Shown: positions 1 to 7,093 of the stretch, piece by piece
Position numbering within the stretch: position 1 is the first letter of the stretch
Layout: every line of letters starts with the position of its first letter
Assembly: GCA_037969055.1 (NCBI GenBank)
Contig: JBBKWR010000119.1
Coordinates: 577 to 64,576 of the forward strand
Length of the DNA: 64,000 nt
Source of the DNA: Flavobacteriaceae bacterium
GTDB lineage: Bacteria; Bacteroidota; Bacteroidia; Flavobacteriales; Flavobacteriaceae
Direction: 5' to 3'
The notes under the pieces: generated by a model
Databases searched by the model: none
Told to the model about the DNA's origin: nothing
The model's input: only the letters and a program-made list of their open reading frames with translations
Position numbers and translations under genes: made by a program

Positions 1-2
1 AA

Positions 3-44
3 GATTTTGATTTATTGCTATTGAATACAACAATTAAAAAATAA
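3..44 (+). CDS. 3' end of an upstream cassette gene (partial, ...DFDLLLLNTTIKK*)
   Basis: Open frame from the window edge to TAA at 42-44, directly followed by the attC-like left boundary ACTACTGCCAAC, as in the other cassettes. Confidence 0.5.
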   Translation, partial: DFDLLLLNTTIKK

Positions 45-63
45 AAAACTACTGCCAACAATG

Positions 64-1788
64 GTAACCGTTGCGCAAGCCATTCAGGCCAAAAAAATGG
101 ATCCATATGAGCCTCTTTACGAGCCTTTTTTCTTGTCAGCTCAGAAGGGGATAGCTAATTTTCGATGCTTTACAGAAGGGCCAAATAGGAATTGAACGGT
201 ACTTTTCACCAATGCTGCCAAAGCAAGCTGTCCTACCCCGCTTTTTATTCGTTTTTGAGTGAATTTCAGGTACTTCTTCAAATTATAGGCAATAGCGGAG
301 AGGTGCATCACCTTATTGGCCTGTTCAATGCCAATAGTATTTATCTTTCTGAGACCCATGAACTGGGTCAACGTTCCGAAAACAGGTTCCACCGTGCTTT
401 GCCGCTTACCTTTCATGTACCTGCCCTGTGGACTGTTGACCCTTGCAATGTTCCGTTCATACTCCGCCCTATAATAGGTAACACTGAACTTCTTCTCCTG
501 GGCGCTCTTGCCCAAACATTGTTCTTGTACCGGGCAACCCACACAAACATGCTTTCTTGCCCGATACTCCTTCTTCCTGGTCTTGGTGCGACTGTCCAAA
601 AACTCCTTGGTAAACGGTATCACCTTGCCTTGGGGGCATAGGTAATGGTCTTCCCCTTCATTGTAGATGAAACCGTCCGGACCACCCTTGTACGTGCCAT
701 GGGGCGGTATAAAGCTCTTTAGACCTTGTTGTTCTAGATAGGCATAGTTCTCTCCGCTACTATAACCCGTATCGGCTACACAGTTTTCAAACATCAAACC
801 TTGTTGCCATAAACGACCTCTTAAGCGTTTTACGATGTCCTGTAATTGTTGGTTGTCCTTGCCGTCGGCATGGTAGGCCCTGATATCCGTTATAACATGA
901 TGGGCGGTGTCAACACTCAACTGTGAGAGATAGTTCAGCTTCCGCGCCTTGCCCGGCTTTACGCTGATACGCGCATCCGGGTCCGTGGGGCTGTAGTGTG
1001 TTTTGTTGCTCGTGTACTTGCTGCCCTTGCTGCCCGCTCCCGGCCGTTGGTCCTGGTCCTTGGCCCATTTCCTGTTCCTGCTTTTTATCGCATCCAGCTC
1101 TTTCTTGTTCGCGGTGACCCCCCGTTGCCCTTCGGGGGCCTTATCCTCCTTGGATCTTCTTATCGGCGTTTTTTTTATCCATTGCACTGATATGCCGAAT
1201 ACTGTGCAGATGGGCCTCCAGGTCTTCCCTGGGGACCTTGAGCTCCAGACTGTCCATACTCGCATTCGCCTTGACAGGGGCCGAATCGATGGCCTGGGTA
1301 TGCCCACTGACCATGCCCTTGTCAACACACATTGAAAGTACTTGGGTAAAAACCTCCTCGAATATGGTCTCCGGGAATAGCTGGCGCGTCCGGCTTATCG
1401 TACTGTGCCAAGGTAGTTCCTCGTCGATATCGTAACCTATGAAGTAAAGGATATCCAGACGCATCGAACAGTGGTCGATCAGCTTGCGGTCGCTGATAAT
1501 GTTCTCCAGATAGCCCACCAGGCACAGTTTGAAGAACACCACCGGGTCGATGCTCTTCTGGCCGCTCTCCCCATAATAATCCCTGGTAAGGGGATAGAGA
1601 AAACCCAGGTCGACGGCACCTTTCAATCGCCTGTAGAAATTAGTATCGGGTACGCGGTCACTTAATTGAAAACTATTGAACAGCTTCTCTTGATAATCCT
1701 TTTTTCCCTGCATACCTAAAGTTACGATCGATCCTTGGATCGGCAATGATCAACAAAGACTTTTTTCGCTAACTTCTGCAACAGGCAC
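64..1788 (-). mobile_element. IS1182-family insertion sequence
   Basis: Transposase plus imperfect terminal IRs GTAACCGTTGCGCAAGC (64-80) and GTGCCTGTTGCAGAAGT (1788-1772); flanked by AATG (60-63) and ATTG (1789-1792), an imperfect 4-bp duplication. Confidence 0.85.
141..1713 (-). pseudogene. IS1182-family DDE transposase, frameshifted in an A8 run (1169-1176)
   Basis: N-terminal frame has SIDP, SDRKLI, PWHSTISRTR and IDSAPVKANAS; C-terminal frame has DPDAR, ADTGYSSGEN and RQSTVEPVFG; removing one A joins them (MDKKTPIRRSK). Confidence 0.85.
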
Positions 1789-1811
1789 ATTGTATAACCG
1801 CAATTACTGCG

Positions 1812-1827
1812 TCCCGAAGCTTCGGGA
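1812..1827. repeat. Perfect 16-bp palindrome TCCCGAAGCTTCGGGA (REP-like) inside repeat A
   Basis: Read directly; related CCCGAAGTACGGG at 43730-43742. Confidence 0.6.
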
Positions 1828-1951
1828 GATTACGTCCGAATCCACTCGGAAATGCTAAAGTCAGTGCTAAACCGAAAATTAACGCATACAAACCCGTAAC
1901 TGACGGTTATACGTATTCCAAGGTCAAATCCTAATATAAATTCAATCATTT

Positions 1952-2944
1952 TTAAGCTGCAAACTGCTGTATTTCAACGTATGGCGTTCCTCTTTTAATT
2001 ACCGAAAAAGCTCTTGCCAAAATCTTATTTCTTACGTTATTTAAAGCCACCATTTTTGGCTTGCCTTCTTCTAATTTTCTTTGGTAATATAATTTGAGTT
2101 CGCTATCACATTGAATGGCACTTACACTTGCTAATGTCAATAAGGTTTTCATCTTTCTATCGCCTATATGATGAACTCTATTCCTTCGTTTTATGCTTGT
2201 ACCGGATTGATACCCAAAAGGTGCTACACCGCAGTAACTCGAAAACTGACGCCAACTCTCAAACTTCTTAAAGTTGTCGGTATGGTAAATCAATTGACAA
2301 GACAATATCAGCCCTACTCCTTTCATGCTGTTAAGTAAATCGTAATTACGTTGACTCGTCTTATGTTCCTTGACTAGCGCTATCATACGTTGCTCGATAG
2401 CATGTATTTGCTTGGTCAGATAGTGAATTGTTTTTTCAATCGTCTTACAACATAAATCTGTTGATGGACTGTTCAATAAGTTCCGTGCTTCTTTAAGTGT
2501 ACTGGTCTTACCTGTTCTATCACGTACCAGCTGTTCTCTGAAAGCTAATAACCTTCCTAGTTCTTGAAGATAGGTTTCTTTAGGACTGCTCAACTTAAGT
2601 TCTTCTTTATGAATCCATGCATATCGTGCTATCATAGCAGCATCTAGGCGGTCCGTTTTACCTCTTACGATTCCGCTTGAACGTTTTATAGCTAATGGAT
2701 TTTCTTCTATATAATCGATAGCATTCTCACTCATAAATACAGCCAAATTAGTAGAGTAATGACCTGTATCTTCAAAACAGAAAAAGTAACCGACCTTTTT
2801 TAAGTGTTGCTCTGTCCATTTTACCAATGCTACATATCCTTTGTAAGTATTGCTAAATAAGCGATGTAGGCCTCTTTTATATAAATGTGCATCTATGGTC
2901 AATTTTGATACATCAATCCCTACTACGTCTTCATATTTTTCCAT
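1952..2944 (-). CDS. IS110-family transposase/recombinase
   Basis: VGIDVSK, FEDTGHY, KTDRLDA (DEDD RuvC-like domain); GVG and YCGVAPFGYQSGTS (catalytic Ser); NNVRNK. Confidence 0.95.
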   Translation of the reverse strand: MEKYEDVVGIDVSKLTIDAHLYKRGLHRLFSNTYKGYVALVKWTEQHLKKVGYFFCFEDTGHYSTNLAVFMSENAIDYIEENPLAIKRSSGIVRGKTDRLDAAMIARYAWIHKEELKLSSPKETYLQELGRLLAFREQLVRDRTGKTSTLKEARNLLNSPSTDLCCKTIEKTIHYLTKQIHAIEQRMIALVKEHKTSQRNYDLLNSMKGVGLILSCQLIYHTDNFKKFESWRQFSSYCGVAPFGYQSGTSIKRRNRVHHIGDRKMKTLLTLASVSAIQCDSELKLYYQRKLEEGKPKMVALNNVRNKILARAFSVIKRGTPYVEIQQFAA

Positions 2945-2997
2945 ATTTTTAAAAGTTGTGACTAATTACATAGTCATGATTTATAAAATGTTGCAAT

Positions 2998-3132
2998 GAC
3001 TATTACCTTTAATAGGAGTTAAATCCTGGTATTCCAAATGGTCCTAAAGCAACCTAAGAAAGACAAGAGGACTGATACGTATAACGGAGCTGTAACTCCA
3101 AAGACCGTTTTAGTTCTCCTCTTGTTTCTTAG
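2998..3132 (-). ncRNA. IS110 bridge RNA (target-binding loop 3054-3132, donor-binding loop 2998-3043)
   Basis: Two stem/internal-loop/stem structures whose loop strands match the target flanks and the predicted circle junction; transcript ends are approximate. Confidence 0.85.
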
Positions 3133-3244
3133 TAAAGTTAACTGACTAGAAAATATACGGTTGTAAAGTAAAGGAGACCGTTGGGTCAAATTGCTTTTCT
3201 GTCCTTCAACAGCCAGCTTCGGGCTGTCGGCGCAGGCCGCACAC

Positions 3245-3367
3245 ATGACACAACAATCGCTAAAAGCAATTTGGCAAGGTTCACTTGTCTTTTAAAAATA
3301 CGCGAATAAATTCACTATTTTTAAAATCCAGAACCTCACTACGTTTAGCGGGGCGTTAGCAAACATT
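3245..3367 (+). repeat. attC-like cassette repeat B
   Basis: ATGACACAAC-AAT-CGCTAAA...TTTAGCG-GGGC-GTTAGCAAACAT, with nested stems AGGTTC/GAACCT and TTTTAAAAATA/TATTTTTAAAA. Confidence 0.8.
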
Positions 3368-3380
3368 AAAAAATAATATT

Positions 3381-4580
3381 ATGAAAAATCTGATCTTATT
3401 TTCTTCTATTATTCTCTTGATTTTTGGATGTCAACAAAATCAAACAAAATCAAGTGATTCAACTTTAAAAACTTATTTTGAATCAAGTTCAATTCCATCA
3501 GCGATTATGGGCAGCATTGATGCAGATGGAAAGACCACCTGGCATCGTTTTGGACCTTCTATTTGGGAAGATTCAACGACAGTGGTTACAGAAGATAATA
3601 TTTTTAGGATTTTTTCTATGACAAAAGCTATTACCTCTGTTGCAGCATTGCAGCTTGTTGAAAAAGGGTTAATAGGATTGGACGATCCATTGAATGAGCT
3701 AATGCCAGAAATGATAGTCATTCCTTTATTAGATGAAGATGGAAACCTAATTCATAGTGATGAAATAATTACTTTGAGACAATTACTAACTCATACATCT
3801 GGGTTTGGCAAAAAGTTCTTTCACTCTAAATTATATAATTTCAATGATGAAAATTGGTCTTACGAAGATCTACCAAGACTTTTTCAGCCAGGTACATCAT
3901 TCGCTTATGGGGACGGTTTAGTTTGGGCTGGCAAAGTTGTCGAAAAAATAAGCAACCAAGATCTGGAAACTTACTTCAGAGAGCATATTACGGGCCCTTT
4001 AAAAATGGATAATACTTGGTATAATGTGCCTAAAAACTTAAGCGAAAATATAGTAACTCTGGGGGGACGTGATTCTTTAGGAATTATTAATACCTGGGCC
4101 CGTATTCCCGAAAAACCTCAAACTGATTATAGTGGAGCTAGTAATCTATTTGCTTCACCAAGTGATTATTTAAAATTTTTGCATTGTATGATGAACTTCG
4201 GAAAGTATGAAGGAGGTCAACTGTTAAAGAAAGAAACAGTACTTCTTATGCTAAAGGATAATTTGCCAATAGGAATTAAAATCCCGAAAATTGAAGAATT
4301 CGATAACGGTGGAATAATTGGGTATACAGGGGATCATTATGTAGGACTAACAAATGACAGATGGGGATTAGCTTGGGCAATAGAAAAGGATGAAAATGAG
4401 ATTCGACCAGTTAATTCTGTTTATTGGGCAGGAGCAGCAAATTCTTATTTTACGTTAGATGTAGAGAATAAAATTGCAATTGTATATTTCTCTAATTACT
4501 TCCCATTTAACGACAAGGAGGCCTATGACTTCTATAAGCTATATGAAAAAGAAGTCTATACAGAAATTATGAATAAATAA
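3381..4580 (+). CDS. Serine hydrolase, beta-lactamase/class C-like family lipoprotein (cassette)
   Basis: Lipobox LIFGC, SxxK motif (FRIFSMTK), LLTHTSG, FAYG, WAGAANSYF. Confidence 0.85.
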   Translation: MKNLILFSSIILLIFGCQQNQTKSSDSTLKTYFESSSIPSAIMGSIDADGKTTWHRFGPSIWEDSTTVVTEDNIFRIFSMTKAITSVAALQLVEKGLIGLDDPLNELMPEMIVIPLLDEDGNLIHSDEIITLRQLLTHTSGFGKKFFHSKLYNFNDENWSYEDLPRLFQPGTSFAYGDGLVWAGKVVEKISNQDLETYFREHITGPLKMDNTWYNVPKNLSENIVTLGGRDSLGIINTWARIPEKPQTDYSGASNLFASPSDYLKFLHCMMNFGKYEGGQLLKKETVLLMLKDNLPIGIKIPKIEEFDNGGIIGYTGDHYVGLTNDRWGLAWAIEKDENEIRPVNSVYWAGAANSYFTLDVENKIAIVYFSNYFPFNDKEAYDFYKLYEKEVYTEIMNK

Positions 4581-4722
4581 CGATGTGCTAACAATGTATA
4601 TAAAAAATAGGCGAAACCGCAATAAAATTAAGGGTTTTGACTCATATAAACTTTCTGCCTAACCGAAAGTTTGGTGCTACGAAATCGCCTACTTTTCATA
4701 TACTAACCGTTAGTGGCAATGC
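4581..4722 (+). repeat. attC-like cassette repeat C
   Basis: GATGTGCTAAC-AAT-GTATATAAAAAATAGGCGA...TCGCCTACTTTTCATATAC-TAACC-GTTAGTGGCAAT; arms 17/19 complementary; inner stem AAACTTTC/GAAAGTTT. Confidence 0.9.
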
Positions 4723-4759
4723 AAAGACGTAGAAAATATTATCAAAGTAACCAGACATT

Positions 4760-6157
4760 ATGAGTCAACCAGAAAACACACCATCTGACAATAATAATAG
4801 AACGCTATCTGCAATAGAACTAAGAGATATACTGCGAAATCCACCCACAGAGTTTATAAAGGAATCACATGGAATAAAAAGCATTCTAATAAGTCGTTAT
4901 ACTATTGAAGACGAACGCCTTATATTAGATAAGAGCATCACAGTAAATTTGCCATTGATTTTTGAGGGTTGCACATTTAAATCTAAAAAGCAGTTTTTTA
5001 TAAGTGGCATAACATGTAATGAATCTTTGATTTTTAATTTCTGTACAATATCCGATTCTATCTACTTCGACAGTGGAACATTCAAAAAAGAGGTCGTGCT
5101 AAAGTATGTGCACGTAAAGTACATTCATTTATCTGACTGCACATTTGATGAAGTTAGTATCTCTGGTTACCACATTGACGAAATCTGGATGTCGGGGAGC
5201 AAATTTGAAAGTTTGAATATAGGTGAACATCTAGTTGGCGACAACATAAGCAAACTCACAATCTTTGCAGAGGAAGATGAAACAGGTGATATTACTGTTA
5301 GGGAACAGGGTTTTGATGAGATACATTTGAGTGGAACAAATAAAGGTAGAACCTTCAATTTTGAGCAAGTGAAATGCGATACTGTTTCAATAATAAATTT
5401 TAAAAATGAAGGCTCATTAAATTTTTTCGGCATCGAACCGAAAGATGTTAACAATGACAAAAGATATTTCCAGATTATCAATAGCAATTTAGACAAAGTT
5501 CAATTTTATAGAGCTCATTTCTCCCAATATAAAGAGCTCATAATTATGGACAGCTTTATTACCGACGCACTGTTTATTGGTTGTAGGTGGAGTAACAATA
5601 TAAGAGCTCTATATGGGCCAGGATATCGCACGTTTAAAGATTCCCTAAAGACTGGGCGCAAGACAACAGATACGGAGATTGTTGCTATTAAGGAAGCTTA
5701 TAGGCAACTCAAAATTTCTATGTCGAAGCATAGTGATAAGATACAGGAACATAAATTCTATTCACAAGAGTTGAATTTTCACAACAAAACATTATCATGG
5801 GAACAACCATGGACAAACCAATTTTGGGATAAAGTTATTTTATTTTTCAGCAAAACCTTTAGTGACTATGGTCAAAGCTTTATAAAACCTTTATGCTGGT
5901 TATTAGTGGGGCATTATATTCTCTTTATACTTGCGTTGCAACTTAACGGATTTGATCCCTTACACATTTCACTTTCAGAACCTACAGCGACAGGTTTTAA
6001 AGAAGCATTTGAAAAGTTTTTTATTTATATAAATCCATTAAGAAGACTGGAAACATCTCTTTCTGGTTATTTAATTCTCTTAGACTTGTTAATGAGAATC
6101 TGGTCATCATATATGATATACAATCTCATTAGGGCATCAAGACGATTCATTTCATAA
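4760..6157 (+). CDS. Pentapeptide-like/beta-solenoid protein with C-terminal membrane domain (cassette)
   Basis: Periodic xxxxF/I repeats, then AYRQLK...SDYGQSFIKPLCWLL and hydrophobic helices. Confidence 0.65.
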   Translation: MSQPENTPSDNNNRTLSAIELRDILRNPPTEFIKESHGIKSILISRYTIEDERLILDKSITVNLPLIFEGCTFKSKKQFFISGITCNESLIFNFCTISDSIYFDSGTFKKEVVLKYVHVKYIHLSDCTFDEVSISGYHIDEIWMSGSKFESLNIGEHLVGDNISKLTIFAEEDETGDITVREQGFDEIHLSGTNKGRTFNFEQVKCDTVSIINFKNEGSLNFFGIEPKDVNNDKRYFQIINSNLDKVQFYRAHFSQYKELIIMDSFITDALFIGCRWSNNIRALYGPGYRTFKDSLKTGRKTTDTEIVAIKEAYRQLKISMSKHSDKIQEHKFYSQELNFHNKTLSWEQPWTNQFWDKVILFFSKTFSDYGQSFIKPLCWLLVGHYILFILALQLNGFDPLHISLSEPTATGFKEAFEKFFIYINPLRRLETSLSGYLILLDLLMRIWSSYMIYNLIRASRRFIS

Positions 6158-6166
6158 CACAAAGTA

Positions 6167-6310
6167 GCACATGCCACTCACAATGGGTATAAAACATAGG
6201 GCGGACTGTGGTTTTCGCAAATTTTGGATTCTTAGTAAACTTAGTCTCGGTGGACAAGTAAACAAACCCGAAATGCCCTACGTTTCATACCCGAGACGTT
6301 ATGTACAAGC
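6167..6310 (+). repeat. attC-like cassette repeat D
   Basis: ATGCCACTCAC-AAT-GGGTATAAAACATAGGGC...GCCCTACGTTTCATACCC-GAGAC-GTTATGTACAA; arms 16/18 complementary. Confidence 0.88.
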
Positions 6311-6393
6311 TCCATTTCCCAATGAATTTGAACAATATCCGACGCCTAAACCAGTTAATTCTATAAATATAGAATAGTCGAAAAGACAACAAT

Positions 6394-6696
6394 ATGGATC
6401 CCAAATTAATACTCCTATTAATTGTTGGAATAGTCGGATGGTTAGTTAAATGGTCCATTTTTAATTGGAAACGAAGGAGACGGAGAAACTATTATCGTAA
6501 TATATACCTTAAATCCGATGCATGGAAAAGGAAGCGTTATGTAGTTCTAAAACGTGACAATTGGAAATGTGTTTACTGTGGTAATCGTGCAACTCAAGTA
6601 CATCATAAAAGATATGCTAAAAAAAACATAGGACGAGAACCTATTAAATGGTTGGTCTCGATATGTAAAACTTGTCATGATAATCGACATATATAA
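6394..6696 (+). CDS. Small HNH endonuclease-like protein with N-terminal TM helix (cassette)
   Basis: VLKRDNWKCVYCG, QVHH, LVSICKTCH; hydrophobic N-terminus. Confidence 0.8.
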   Translation: MDPKLILLLIVGIVGWLVKWSIFNWKRRRRRNYYRNIYLKSDAWKRKRYVVLKRDNWKCVYCGNRATQVHHKRYAKKNIGREPIKWLVSICKTCHDNRHI

Positions 6697-6700
6697 AATA

Positions 6701-6748
6701 AGCCATGCACATCAATGGCAATAAGTAATTGCTATGTTCTAGCCTACA
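6701..6748 (+). repeat. Degenerate/truncated cassette repeat E (left part only)
   Basis: GCCATGCACATC-AAT-GGCAATAAGTAATTGC directly after the HNH stop codon; partly complementary to the cassette start GTTATGTACAAGC; no right arm found. Confidence 0.5.
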
Positions 6749-6835
6749 CAAGTATATTAATCGTAATCAGACTTTTGCCCCCAATTCCCATACCTAAAAG
6801 CTTTACACTAAAACCCAAGTAGGTCCGTTATTTAA

Positions 6836-7090
6836 TTGATGGATAACGTTATCAGAAATATCTTACCCAAATATTCAAGAGTATTTGGTTTTGTCCTCAC
6901 GTTCTTGATCTTCACCTCACATATTCCTGTTGATTTTTCCAATGTGTATATATGCAAGGGAAAGTACAGTAAGAAATATCATTACAGTAAGTCTTGTAGA
7001 GGATTGTCCAATTGCTCAACCAAAGTATACGAAGTAGAATTAAGTGAGGCCAAAAGGATAGGTAGGACCCTTTGTGGTTGGGAGGATTAG
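6836..7090 (+). CDS. Small Cys/His-rich putative metal-binding exported protein
   Basis: Hydrophobic N-terminus, then VYIC...YH...C..L..C...GRTLC; convergent with the integrase. Confidence 0.65.
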   Translation: MMDNVIRNILPKYSRVFGFVLTFLIFTSHIPVDFSNVYICKGKYSKKYHYSKSCRGLSNCSTKVYEVELSEAKRIGRTLCGWED

Positions 7091-7093
7091 CCA

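Larger units (their letters stand above)
1914..3173 (-). mobile_element. IS110-family insertion sequence
   Basis: DEDD transposase with a ~230-bp upstream non-coding end; no terminal IRs; boundaries restore GTTATAC-G-AGACCGTT of repeat A. Confidence 0.9.
48..3192 (+). repeat. attC-like cassette repeat A, split by IS1182 and IS110 (pieces 48-63, 1793-1913, 3175-3192)
   Basis: Removing both IS gives ACTGCCAAC-AAT-GTATAACCGCAATTAC...GTAACTGACGGTTATAC-GAGACC-GTTGGGTCAAAT, the same layout as repeats B-D. Confidence 0.85.

Noticed and set aside
1169-1176. Programmed -1 ribosomal frameshift
   Set aside because: The frames need +1, and IS1182 transposases are normally a single ORF.
3019-3246. 75-aa ORF on the minus strand
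   Set aside because: It crosses the IS110 boundary and overlaps the bridge RNA; no protein features.
4581-6310. Repeats C and D as simple intrinsic terminators
   Set aside because: No U-tract on the sense strand, very long loops, A-C mismatches in the sense fold, and conserved AAC/GTT boundaries.
6171-6377. 68-aa ORF
   Set aside because: It lies over repeat D and is probably a chance frame.
48-6748. CRISPR array interpretation of the repeats
   Set aside because: The repeats are over 100 bp, differ in sequence and are separated by whole genes; no cas genes are present.
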